Shown: positions 46,489-55,587 of the stretch, one piece after another
Layout: each line of letters opens with the position of its first letter
How positions within the stretch are numbered: position 1 is the first letter of the stretch
Assembly: GCA_013387205.1 (NCBI GenBank)
Contig: WARV01000024.1
Location: 11,283-75,282, forward strand
Origin: Patescibacteria group bacterium
Lineage (GTDB): Bacteria; Patescibacteriota; Doudnabacteria; UBA920
Reading direction: 5' to 3'
DNA length: 64,000 nucleotides
Position numbers and translations under genes: made by a program
Notes under the pieces: generated by a model
Seen by the model: only the letters and a program-made list of their open reading frames with translations
What the model was told of the DNA's origin: nothing
The model's database searches: none

Positions 46489-47373
46489 TTATTTCTTGAG
46501 ATTATCCCTCAAGCTCTTTAAAAGTTTAATGTCTGCTTCCACTTTATCATGCTCTGTTTCTAAAATCAAGGGGAAAGGTGACATTTTACCTTTAACCTTC
46601 GACATTTGACTAAAAAATTCCAAAATAGACTTAAACCCTTCAACACCAATCTCTCCATCGCCTATATGCTGGTGCCTATCTTTCCTACTGCCCAAAGGAG
46701 TTTTGGAATCGTTGATATGGCTCATTTTCAGGTGCTTTAGGCCTATTACCTTATCAAACTCACTGAACACCTCAACTGCTCCGCCAGTTGGCGGATGAGC
46801 CATTCGCAGGTCATACCCGCTGGCAAAGGCGTGCTGGGTATCAAAGCAAACGCCGCCAAAACCTTTAAATTTCACCAATGGCTCCATAATCTCTGCCAAC
46901 TCCTCAAAAGTGTCGCCGATAATATTTCCGCCGCCTGCCGCAATTTCCAGCAAAAGCTTAGTTTCGCCTTCATAGTCTTCCAAAACCTTTTTTAGCCCGT
47001 CTTTGGTTTGTTTAAAGGCATCCTTTTCACCCAAATCCTTAAAACTGCCTAAGTGCGTCATGACGTACAAAGCACCAAGCTTATCGGAGCGCTCCAGTTC
47101 CTGCCTGACCACGGAAATCGAGCCGTGGTAAATCCTCGGCTCTATGGAACCAAAGTTGATGTAATAAGGAGTATGGACCACGAATTCCTTAAATCTATAA
47201 TTTTCCATTTCGGCTTTAAACCGTGCCGAGGTTTTATCGTCTATTTCCGCGCCCTTACCTCCCTGCGGCGGCCGGGTAAAAATCTGGAAAGTTTCGCAAT
47301 TCAAATCCGCCGCGTTTTTAGGCGCGTTCCAAACTCCCCCAGCAGCTGAAACATGGCAGCCGATTTTTAACAT
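46489..47373 (-). CDS. nfo: Endonuclease IV
   Basis: IGCHVSAAGG, HTPYYIN, GVCFDTQHAFASGYD, HINDSK, DRHQHIGDG, ILET. Confidence 0.95.
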   Translation of the reverse strand: MLKIGCHVSAAGGVWNAPKNAADLNCETFQIFTRPPQGGKGAEIDDKTSARFKAEMENYRFKEFVVHTPYYINFGSIEPRIYHGSISVVRQELERSDKLGALYVMTHLGSFKDLGEKDAFKQTKDGLKKVLEDYEGETKLLLEIAAGGGNIIGDTFEELAEIMEPLVKFKGFGGVCFDTQHAFASGYDLRMAHPPTGGAVEVFSEFDKVIGLKHLKMSHINDSKTPLGSRKDRHQHIGDGEIGVEGFKSILEFFSQMSKVKGKMSPFPLILETEHDKVEADIKLLKSLRDNLKK

Positions 47374-47915
47374 ATCTTTTCCAACCATTGTTTTATCTTA
47401 AGTTGATTGCTTAAAGTGCAAGAGTTGCACCAATTTTCAGGATGGGATAATAATTCCTTATTATATTCATCCATATTATACCATTTCGCGCCAATGATTT
47501 CCCCATCATTGAATATTAATTGGCTTATGTCGCTATTGAACAAATATGCGTAGTTTTCGTAAAAATGCATCCATGGTTCGTATTTGCCTTTATCAATTAA
47601 TACTAAACCGGATTCTCTTACAGCAAGCCCGACTTCTTCCTCCAGTTCAGCAAGCGCGGTTTTTAAAAAAGATGACCCGGCTTTAACATGGCCGCCCAAA
47701 TAACTTTGCCATTTTCCCGGATTACCGGACAAGTGCAAAGCCCGCCTTGTGCACAAAATCTGCCCTTGCTTGTTTACCAGCCAAATGTTTGCCACGGCAT
47801 GCCACTGCCTGGTGCCATCCCTACAGACCAAACTGCGCGGCTTTGGTTCGGTTAAATTTCCCTGTTCATCGAAACAAGACAAAAGCTCGTCATTTGGGTT
47901 TGTTTTTGTTTCCAT
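47367..47915 (-). CDS. NUDIX hydrolase (IDI-like)
   Basis: GGHVKAGSSFLKTALAELEEEVGL. Confidence 0.85.
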   Translation of the reverse strand: METKTNPNDELLSCFDEQGNLTEPKPRSLVCRDGTRQWHAVANIWLVNKQGQILCTRRALHLSGNPGKWQSYLGGHVKAGSSFLKTALAELEEEVGLAVRESGLVLIDKGKYEPWMHFYENYAYLFNSDISQLIFNDGEIIGAKWYNMDEYNKELLSHPENWCNSCTLSNQLKIKQWLEKIC

Positions 47916-47917
47916 AT

Positions 47918-48035
47918 TAACGAATTAGCTTGACTAATCAACTAATGTAACGAATATTACCAATGATAACTAATGTTATCTAAGTAAGGATTAGTTGCCA
48001 TTAGTTATTATTAGTATGGATTCGTAGATTAGTTA
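47918..48035. repeat. Repeat family C, copy 3
   Basis: GACTAATCAACTAATGTAACGAAT...ATTCGTAGATTAGTTA. Confidence 0.8.
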
Positions 48036-48039
48036 ATTA

Positions 48040-49308
48040 TCACACCTTCAATATCTTTTTGAACATCTTCTCGTTTTTGTACGGGCCGATAATTGCCAGG
48101 CTTAATTTTTCATCCTTAAAAACGTCATTAGCGACTTTTTGGATATCTTTGGCCGTAATTTTATCCAATTTATCAAAAGCCATGGTGGGCGTTTCAATCT
48201 TTTTATGGAAAGCCGCGCGCTCCAAAAACCAATCCAACCTGACCTGATTATCTTCCAATGCTAACGTGGTTTTTCCTTTTATGTATTCTTTTGCCTTAAT
48301 AAGCTCTCTCTCTTCAACCGGAACTTCCTTAATTCTCTTAAGTTCGCTTAAAATAACCTGCAACGCTTCGGCTGCTTTATCCACCTGCACTCCGCTGGTA
48401 ATGGTAAAAGATCCTGTGTCCTGATAGCTGCCGGGCATGGCCCTGACATAATAAGCCAATCCTCTTTTTTCCCTGACTTCAGTAAACAGCCTGCTGGACA
48501 TGCCTCCGCCTAAGACAGATCCTAAAACCAGCAAAGCGGTGTTGCGCGGGTCGCCGTAAGCATAGCTTTTGAAACCCAATGCCATGTGCGCCTGTTCGGT
48601 TTCCTTGAAAGAAATTTTCAGACGCGCTGAGCTTTGCTTATCTAAGGCCTTTCCCCACCCGTCGTGATTTTTTTTGGGATGGTTTGACCAGTATTTTTTC
48701 ACCAGGCCGTCAAATTGTTTTTGGTTGTATTTTCCGGAAATCCCCAATATCATATTAGGCGCCTGGTAATGCCTGGAAACGTAATCCATGAACATTTCTT
48801 TAGTAAACTTGGTGACTGTCTCCTTGCTTCCGGCAATATCCCGCCCAAGGGCGTCTTTTGGCCACATGGTCGATTCCAAAACGTTCTCAATCTCGGCAAT
48901 AGGCGTATCTTTATACATGTTTATTTCTTCCACAATCACGCCTTTCTCCCTTTCCAGTTCGTCCCGATCAAGCAGCGGGCACTGGACCATATCTGTAAGC
49001 ACTTCAAAAATCAAAGGCAAATATTTGCTGGCTGCCTTGATGTAATATTGCGTATGCTCCTTGCCGGTGTTGGCGTTCATTTCCCCGCCTATGGAATCTA
49101 TAAGTTCGGAAATAGCCAAAGCCGACGGATATTTTTTCGTTCCTTTAAATAAAAAATGTTCCAAAAAATGCGAGATGCCGTTTTCTTTGGCAGATTCGCA
49201 CCTTGAGCCTGTTCTGACAAAAAAATCCACCACCACGCTTTCCGCGTCGCTCCCCGGCACTTCCATAATTGTCAATCCATTTGGTAATTTACTCTTTTTG
49301 TAATTCAT
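48040..49308 (-). CDS. M16 (pitrilysin) family Zn peptidase
   Basis: HFLEHFLFKGT, GGGMSSRLFTEVREKRGLAY. Confidence 0.93.
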   Translation of the reverse strand: MNYKKSKLPNGLTIMEVPGSDAESVVVDFFVRTGSRCESAKENGISHFLEHFLFKGTKKYPSALAISELIDSIGGEMNANTGKEHTQYYIKAASKYLPLIFEVLTDMVQCPLLDRDELEREKGVIVEEINMYKDTPIAEIENVLESTMWPKDALGRDIAGSKETVTKFTKEMFMDYVSRHYQAPNMILGISGKYNQKQFDGLVKKYWSNHPKKNHDGWGKALDKQSSARLKISFKETEQAHMALGFKSYAYGDPRNTALLVLGSVLGGGMSSRLFTEVREKRGLAYYVRAMPGSYQDTGSFTITSGVQVDKAAEALQVILSELKRIKEVPVEERELIKAKEYIKGKTTLALEDNQVRLDWFLERAAFHKKIETPTMAFDKLDKITAKDIQKVANDVFKDEKLSLAIIGPYKNEKMFKKILKV

Positions 49309-49630
49309 TGTTTTGATTAATAAACCTTCCTTCTTTTAATAACTCAGACTGTAACTGGATACTGTCAACAAATTCATTAAAATTTTTCTCGTAGTATCCG
49401 TCTTCAGTCATCTGTTTTATTTGTTTTATTTGGCTAAGCAGTTCATTGGCTACTAAAAAATGCGTTTCACTGGCGCCAGGTTTTAATTTATGGCCGGTCG
49501 GATTAATTTCCGCAAATTTTTCCCTGGTTGCCGTTAAATCTCGTTCAAGCTTATCCAGCCTAGATTGCAACTCCTGCTTTTCAGCAAAAGGCTCTTCTGG
49601 CTTTAAACCCTTTACTTCTAAATTACTCAT
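49289..49630 (-). CDS. Hypothetical protein
   Basis: 113-aa ORF overlapping both neighbours. Confidence 0.6.
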   Translation of the reverse strand: MSNLEVKGLKPEEPFAEKQELQSRLDKLERDLTATREKFAEINPTGHKLKPGASETHFLVANELLSQIKQIKQMTEDGYYEKNFNEFVDSIQLQSELLKEGRFINQNNELQKE

Positions 49631-50844
49631 ATAATGTTGTCTTTTAATTTTGTTGAAACATTTATAAATTTTTTAATCTGGCCCTTTTCTAAATATACCA
49701 AATCTTCAATCCTTATGCCACCGATTTTCGGCAGGTATACGCCGGGTTCTACGCTGAACACCATGCCATTTTTTATTATATCTTTTGATTTAGGGGATAA
49801 ATTCGGCAGCTCGTGGATTTCAAGGCCCGTGCCATGCCCGAGGCTATGTATGAAATATTTATCAAGATTTTTCTCGGCTAAAATCGCCACGGCTTTTTGG
49901 TAAACCTGGTCTCCTGTCACCCCCTTGTCATTGCGAGCCACGAGTGCAGCCGAGTGGCGCGGCAATCTTTCCCTTGTAATAAGATTGCTTCGCTCGGCCG
50001 TTCGGCTTTGCTCAGGCCGACTCTGAGTAGAATCGAATGGGTCGAATGCACTTGCTCGCAATGACATAAAGTCTATGCATCCCCAATACGCCTTCTCCAC
50101 CTGGTTATAAGCCGCTTCCAATTTTGCCGGAGCTTTTTTTAAAAACACTGTCCTGGTAAAATCGCTGCAATAATTTTTATACTTAAAGCCGAAGTCCAAA
50201 ATTACGGATTCTCCCGGTTTTAGCTTTTTCTTAGACGGCACATGATGCGGAATGGCAGCATTAGGCCCGCTTGCCACAATCGGCGGAAAGCTTATGTCTT
50301 GCGCCCCAAACTTTAGGCCTGTTTGTTTGATAAACTCCGCCAATTCTATCTCTGTAGGGACGAGAAGCGGCCACCCGCTACGCAAGCGGCGCTTAACCTG
50401 AAAAAAAACCTGCTCCACGATTTTCATCGATTTCCCAATCAAGGATATTTCTTCCGGTTCTTTAATCATCCTCTGAAAATCAACCGGGTCGTGTTTAATA
50501 TTCACCTTAATTCTTAAATCTTTGCTCTTTACTCTTATATATCTGACTTCCGCGTAAGTGAACTCCCCAAATACGTCCAAAACTTGCCTGGGATGGATAT
50601 ATGTTCCTATATTTTTCAAAAAATCCGAATGGATCCCCTCTATCCTTTCCAATCCATCCCCCAAGAAGATAACTGATGGGTTTCCGCGCTGATCTGCGTT
50701 GCTATCCGCGTGTTTCCGCGGCTTCACTAATAAATACCCATGCATAAAAGAACGACCTGTTAAATATAACAGGTTTTCTTTTTTCTTTATCAGCAACGGC
50801 TGCTTTAAAGAAAATTGGAGTTGTTTTATCCTGCTTCTGTCCAT
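49627..50844 (-). CDS. Xaa-Pro aminopeptidase (M24 family) with several repeat-derived insertions
   Basis: SGPNAAIPHH, LDFGFKYKNYCSDFTRT, HSLGHGTGLEIHE, VEPGVY, GIRIED. Confidence 0.92.
   Translation of the reverse strand: MDRSRIKQLQFSLKQPLLIKKKENLLYLTGRSFMHGYLLVKPRKHADSNADQRGNPSVIFLGDGLERIEGIHSDFLKNIGTYIHPRQVLDVFGEFTYAEVRYIRVKSKDLRIKVNIKHDPVDFQRMIKEPEEISLIGKSMKIVEQVFFQVKRRLRSGWPLLVPTEIELAEFIKQTGLKFGAQDISFPPIVASGPNAAIPHHVPSKKKLKPGESVILDFGFKYKNYCSDFTRTVFLKKAPAKLEAAYNQVEKAYWGCIDFMSLRASAFDPFDSTQSRPEQSRTAERSNLITRERLPRHSAALVARNDKGVTGDQVYQKAVAILAEKNLDKYFIHSLGHGTGLEIHELPNLSPKSKDIIKNGMVFSVEPGVYLPKIGGIRIEDLVYLEKGQIKKFINVSTKLKDNII
49926..50066. repeat. 141-bp RPE-like element inserted in frame in the M24 peptidase
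   Basis: TGTCATTGCGAGC...GGCAATCTT...AAGATTGCTT...GCTCGCAATGACA; 141 bp = 47 codons. Confidence 0.9.
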
Positions 50845-51234
50845 CTATGCTGCGTACTGCTTAAATATTTGCAAAGCTTCTTCAATCCTATTTTTTAAAA
50901 CCATTATATCATCGCCAGCAACACTATCTTCGTTCCTCATTGCAAAATATTTGTCGGATATTTTCCTTAAATCCGCATGGCAAGCATTGACTATGCCTGC
51001 ATGCTGGGGTTTTAGGTTTTTTCCTATATAGAAATAAATGTTCTCAAATTTCGAAACTGCACGTGATACTTCCTCTGCGGTTATCGCATTATCCTCTAAG
51101 AGCAAAAATTCATCCAATTTTTCTTTGCCGCTTGCGAACTCTGTTTCATGACGCAAGGCATCCTTTGCTATTTGGCCCTGTGTTAAATTTTGATCCTCGT
51201 ACTCCAAGACCCCTTCGGGACTCATATTACTCAT
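50845..51234 (-). CDS. Hypothetical protein (start corrected to MSNMSPEG)
   Basis: ORF fills the glyQS to peptidase gap. Confidence 0.6.
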   Translation of the reverse strand: MSNMSPEGVLEYEDQNLTQGQIAKDALRHETEFASGKEKLDEFLLLEDNAITAEEVSRAVSKFENIYFYIGKNLKPQHAGIVNACHADLRKISDKYFAMRNEDSVAGDDIMVLKNRIEEALQIFKQYAA

Positions 51235-51238
51235 ATGT

Positions 51239-52561
51239 TTATAAGCTGTTAATGTTCTTTTGCAAATAAGATTGCAAATCATCAATTTTCACCCTGGGCT
51301 GCTCTTTGGTGTCGCGGCTACGCACGGTTACGCTTCCGTCTTCCAAAGTCTGGAAATCCACGGTAATGCCAAATGGCGTGCCTATTTCGTCCTGGCTATA
51401 ATAACGTTTGCCCACGTTCCCCCTGTCATCCCAGGCCGTGGAAAAGTGCTCTTTAAGCTGGTCGTAAATTTCGCGCGCTTTGGCAACCAATTCCGGCTTG
51501 TTCTTTAACAGCGGAAACACCGCAACTTTATACGGAGCCAAACGCGGCGGCAGAGCCAAATACACGCGATCCTCTTCTTCGCGGTAATGCTCGCACAAAA
51601 CCGCCAAAACCGTGCGGTCAACTCCCCAGGTCGGCTCTATTACGTGCGGCAAATATTTCTCGGAAGTGTAAGGGTCAGTATATCTCAAGTCCTGGCCGGA
51701 TTTTTCCTGATGGTTCTTCAAGTCAAAATCCGTGCGGTAAGCCAAGCCGTAAAGTTCGCTCACGCCGAACGGAAAATGGTACTCAAAATCTATGGTACGC
51801 TTGCTGTAATGCGCCAATTCGTCCTTAGGCACTTCCAGTTCATGGACATGAGTCAAATCTATCCCCAAATCCTTATTGATCCAGGACAGCATGTTCTCGC
51901 GCCACATCTCAAAATACTTATTCCATTCCGCGTCCTCTTTCGGGACCGGGATGAAATATTCAATTTCCATCTGTTCGAATTCGCGCGTGCGGAAAATAAA
52001 ATTTCCCGGGGTGATTTCATTGCGGAAAGCCTTCCCAATTTGCCCAATGCCGAAAGGTACGGTCTTGCGCGAAGTATCCAAAACATTCTTAAAATCCACG
52101 AACATGGCTTGCGCGGTCTCCGGCCTGAAATACGCAATGTTCGCCTGCTCTTCCGCCGGACCGATAAAAGTCTTGAACATCAAATTAAACATCTTGGCTT
52201 CGGTAAATCCGGCGGACTTATCGCAAGAAGCACAAGGTTTGGTTGTATCAATCTGGTCAGCGCGAAAACGGGTGTGGCAGTTCTTGCATTCCACCAAAGG
52301 ATCGCTGAAATTTTTCAAATGGCCGGATGCTTCCCAAACTGCCGGCTTCATAATTAAAGCCGCATCAATGCCGACCATGTCATCCCTGCCTTGCACAAAT
52401 CGCTTCCACCACAACTGCTTAATGTTGTTTTTCAATTCCACTCCGACAGGACCGTAATCCCAAGAATTAGCAAACCCGCCATAAATCTCGCTGCCCGGGA
52501 AAATAAACCCTCTTCTTTTGCACAAAGACACTATTTTATCCATCAAATCGTTGTTATTCAT
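51239..52561 (-). CDS. glyQS: Glycine--tRNA ligase (homodimeric type)
   Basis: SLCKRRGFIFPGSEIYGG, RPETAQ, FRNEITPGNFIFRTREFEQME, HVIEPTWGVDR. Confidence 0.96.
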   Translation of the reverse strand: MNNNDLMDKIVSLCKRRGFIFPGSEIYGGFANSWDYGPVGVELKNNIKQLWWKRFVQGRDDMVGIDAALIMKPAVWEASGHLKNFSDPLVECKNCHTRFRADQIDTTKPCASCDKSAGFTEAKMFNLMFKTFIGPAEEQANIAYFRPETAQAMFVDFKNVLDTSRKTVPFGIGQIGKAFRNEITPGNFIFRTREFEQMEIEYFIPVPKEDAEWNKYFEMWRENMLSWINKDLGIDLTHVHELEVPKDELAHYSKRTIDFEYHFPFGVSELYGLAYRTDFDLKNHQEKSGQDLRYTDPYTSEKYLPHVIEPTWGVDRTVLAVLCEHYREEEDRVYLALPPRLAPYKVAVFPLLKNKPELVAKAREIYDQLKEHFSTAWDDRGNVGKRYYSQDEIGTPFGITVDFQTLEDGSVTVRSRDTKEQPRVKIDDLQSYLQKNINSL

Positions 52562-52562
52562 A

Positions 52563-52699
52563 TCCTGTAGAATTTCTTTGAAATTCCCGATATAATCGGG
52601 ACGACAATGCTAGATATTAATTAAGTAAATTGATGCCTAAGCAGAACTGTTTTTGAATTCCAAAAATTATCTTAAAGTTCTCAAAGAAGCTCTACAGGG
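52563..52699. mobile_element. MITE-like element K, copy 2
   Basis: TCCTGTAGAATTTCTTTG...CAAAGAAGCTCTACAGGG. Confidence 0.8.
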
Positions 52700-52748
52700 C
52701 ACAAAAATATTATAACAAATTGCCTTATTTGCAACAAATCAAGCTTAT

Positions 52749-52833
52749 AAGAGGACACCTTGCAATATTGCAAGGTGTCCTCTTGTTTATCAACCAAACG
52801 GCTAAATCCTAAATTTATTAGGATTTAGCCGTT
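52749..52833. repeat. Two adjacent palindromes (36-bp perfect; 16-bp-arm hairpin)
   Basis: AAGAGGACACCTTGCAAT|ATTGCAAGGTGTCCTCTT (52749-52784); AACGGCTAAATCCTAA-5-TTAGGATTTAGCCGTT (52797-52833). Confidence 0.85.
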
Positions 52834-52883
52834 GAAAAAGAGCCTGAATTTGTATCCAGGCTCCTTCTGCGCAAAGCGCAGGC

Positions 52884-53366
52884 CTACTTCTCTTTGATTT
52901 TGTAGTCGTCGCGGGTGACCTTTAACTCACCGGTAACGCCGTCATAAGCAGCGTGATATGCAAATGTCACAATTACATGCACGGTGTTCCCGCACAGCAA
53001 CTTAAGCGATCCGCGCGAGGAGTATGTAAACCCTTCGGCCGAGCCGCTGAAATTGTACGGCTGCTCTTCATTCAATATGCAGCTGTTGCCGGAAAACAGC
53101 TCCCTGCCAGACGCGACAACCTGCTGTTTCCAGTTGACGTGGACCGTATCGCCAATCATCACCCGATGAAAACTACTGGTTATCTTCCCCTCGTCTAAGA
53201 CTGTTAGCCCTTTGGAGCTAAAAATTAAAACCATGTTCGACGGAGTGAGATACACCACATCCGTATTTTTGAAGTTGTCGGCCTGCGCGTTTAAGGCGGC
53301 AGGCAAAAAGGAGACGAGAACCGCGGCGATGAAAATCGCCAAAAAACCCGAGACGACTCGATTCAT
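52884..53366 (-). CDS. Hypothetical secreted protein (start corrected to MNRVV)
   Basis: SD AAGGAGGA; signal peptide ending ALNA-QA. Confidence 0.72.
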   Translation of the reverse strand: MNRVVSGFLAIFIAAVLVSFLPAALNAQADNFKNTDVVYLTPSNMVLIFSSKGLTVLDEGKITSSFHRVMIGDTVHVNWKQQVVASGRELFSGNSCILNEEQPYNFSGSAEGFTYSSRGSLKLLCGNTVHVIVTFAYHAAYDGVTGELKVTRDDYKIKEK

Positions 53367-53513
53367 GCTGTCCTCCTTATTTTTTGAAACACAAGGCCGC
53401 AATAATAACTACTTTGACTCAACGGGCCATAACAACTTACCTCTTGACTTCGCTCGAGACGGCATCTGTATAGTCTTTATAACTCATCACCCTTCACAAG
53501 CTCAGGATAAAAG

Positions 53514-54827
53514 CTATTGATTAGTATAATCTTTATAGTTTTTCACCATCTCATCAAAATACTCGTAAGTTATTGCGTTGCGGATTTTATCCATTAAGTT
53601 CAAATAAAACCTCAAATTGTGCATGCTGGCCAAACGGATAGCTAAGGGTTCGCCTACCGCAAACAAGTGGCGGAGATAAGCTTTGGTATGGTTCAAGCAA
53701 AGGTAGCAGTTGCAGGTGTTGTCCACCGGCGTAAAGTCTTCTTTGTATTTCTCCAGGCGGATATCGATTGTTTGATAACCCTCGACGGTAGAAGCATCTT
53801 GTAGCGGGCGGATACTATCCGCCCCTACGGCCGGTTTTTCGATATTCCTTGCCGCAATATACAATCTTCCATGCCTCGCTTCCCTTGTCGGGATAACGCA
53901 ATCAAAAGTGTCACAGCCCCGCGCCACGCCTTGGACGATATCAAACGGCGTTCCTACCCCGAGCAAATGCTTAGGCGCAGTAACCGGCAGAAAAGGCACG
54001 GCGTATTCTACGGCTTTCATCATTTCCTCGTGCGGTTCGCCCACGGCCACGCCGCCAATCGCAAACCCTTCAAAGCCAAAACCGGCCATGTCCAAAGCGG
54101 ACTGCTTGCGCAAATCTTCAAAGCTTGCGCCCTGGACAATCCCCCACAACTTTTGGCCGGGGTTGACCGGATCGCCGCTTTGCGTAATTCTTTGGTGTTC
54201 TTTAATGGCGCGCTCAGCCCATCTTTTAGTCAGTTCAATGGATTCCTTGCTGCGTTTGTGCTCAAACGGATAACCCGGGAAGTCATCTAATATCAAAGCA
54301 ATGTCGCTGCCTAAATTGGCCTGAATGTCCACGGATTTTTCCGGAGACAACACTTCCTGCTTGCCGTCCAAATCGAACTGGAACAACACCCCGGCTTCCA
54401 TCACCTTGCGGAACTTGGCCAAAGAAAAAACCTGGAAGCCGCCGCTGTCCGTAAAAATCGGTCCCTTCCAGTTCATGAATTTATGCAAGCCTCCTGCTTT
54501 ATAAATAAGCCCGTCGCCCGGCCTCTGCCACAAATGGTAAGTGTTGGCCAAAACCATGTCCGCGCCCCAAAACTTTAACTCTTCAGATGTGACAGATTTC
54601 ACTGTGCCGCGGGTGCCGATTGGTAAAAACGCCGGGGTCTTTACATCCCCGTGCGCGGTATGGATTACGCCTGTGCGAGCTTTGGATGACTTGCCCCGCA
54701 CTAATTCTTGATGTCCCTTTGATGGCTTTTCTTTTTCACCACGCTTAAAATCATCTTCATCAGACTGTTGATAATCATGAAAATTAGTGCGGGGTGAATC
54801 AGGTTTTAAAATATCGAAATAAGACAT
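53514..54827 (-). CDS. tgt: tRNA-guanine(34) transglycosylase
   Basis: TPAFLPIGT, LANTYHL, TDSGGFQVFSL, DCVIPTREARHG, CNCYLC. Confidence 0.96.
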   Translation of the reverse strand: MSYFDILKPDSPRTNFHDYQQSDEDDFKRGEKEKPSKGHQELVRGKSSKARTGVIHTAHGDVKTPAFLPIGTRGTVKSVTSEELKFWGADMVLANTYHLWQRPGDGLIYKAGGLHKFMNWKGPIFTDSGGFQVFSLAKFRKVMEAGVLFQFDLDGKQEVLSPEKSVDIQANLGSDIALILDDFPGYPFEHKRSKESIELTKRWAERAIKEHQRITQSGDPVNPGQKLWGIVQGASFEDLRKQSALDMAGFGFEGFAIGGVAVGEPHEEMMKAVEYAVPFLPVTAPKHLLGVGTPFDIVQGVARGCDTFDCVIPTREARHGRLYIAARNIEKPAVGADSIRPLQDASTVEGYQTIDIRLEKYKEDFTPVDNTCNCYLCLNHTKAYLRHLFAVGEPLAIRLASMHNLRFYLNLMDKIRNAITYEYFDEMVKNYKDYTNQ

Positions 54828-54836
54828 AAATGCAGT

Positions 54837-54997
54837 GGCGTCATTCCGCTTGTCCTCCGTAGCTTTAGCGAAGGTGGAAGCGAGCGAGGAATCTCTTTGT
54901 TTAAAATATCCAGATCCTTCACTGTGTTCAGAGCCTGCCCCGGACTTGCTGTGCCCGCCGTAGCTTTATGCGAAGGCTGGGATCCGGGGATGAAGCC
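54837..54997. repeat. Compound (nested) palindromic element upstream of tgt
   Basis: RPE-like GTCATTCCG...GGAATCT...AGATCC shell containing two family H hairpins and a CCCCGGA...TCCGGGG unit matching 18119-18170 in reverse. Confidence 0.78.
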
Positions 54998-55052
54998 CGT
55001 GAACCATTATACCAAAAAAGCTCCGGCTTGTCACCGGAGCTGAAATCTTTGA

Positions 55053-55490
55053 TTAGTTTTTATTTTGCATTAAATCCTGAAAACTTGGTTGCTGAGGAAT
55101 ATCTAAATGATAACTAATACCTAAAAAATTATTAATCTCACCTGAAATTTTACTTTGTATCACAACCCTATCCTTTGAATTCACCGAACTATTGCGATAC
55201 TGGCTGCTATGGATAAAATTTATCCTTTGGGATTTTGGTACAATAGTTCCTTTCTCTAAAATTTCCTCAGGCCTTCCTGTGATAATATCTTTATGGAACG
55301 AAGTTTTGCCTATTATAATATCACCGTCACTGGTTACTATAAAAGCCCTGGTATGGTTATGTTTTAATGCATTGGTAATTTCTTCACGATTTGAATATTC
55401 GCAATTTACCAAAAACCCAAAAGGAATTTCGATATTATTATGCCACGGTTCAAACGATGAACTTTCAGCTCTAAAACCTTCCTGATACAT
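55053..55490 (-). CDS. Hypothetical protein (start corrected to MYQEGF)
   Basis: AT-rich ORF; the longer upstream ORF overlaps the PEP-CTERM gene. Confidence 0.55.
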   Translation of the reverse strand: MYQEGFRAESSSFEPWHNNIEIPFGFLVNCEYSNREEITNALKHNHTRAFIVTSDGDIIIGKTSFHKDIITGRPEEILEKGTIVPKSQRINFIHSSQYRNSSVNSKDRVVIQSKISGEINNFLGISYHLDIPQQPSFQDLMQNKN

Positions 55491-55587
55491 AAGATATAAG
55501 TTATTTTCCTTAAGTATATCACAAATTTTCAAATTTAAAACAAACGGCTGCGGATCTTTTTTGAGATCCGCAGCCGCACTTGAAACG

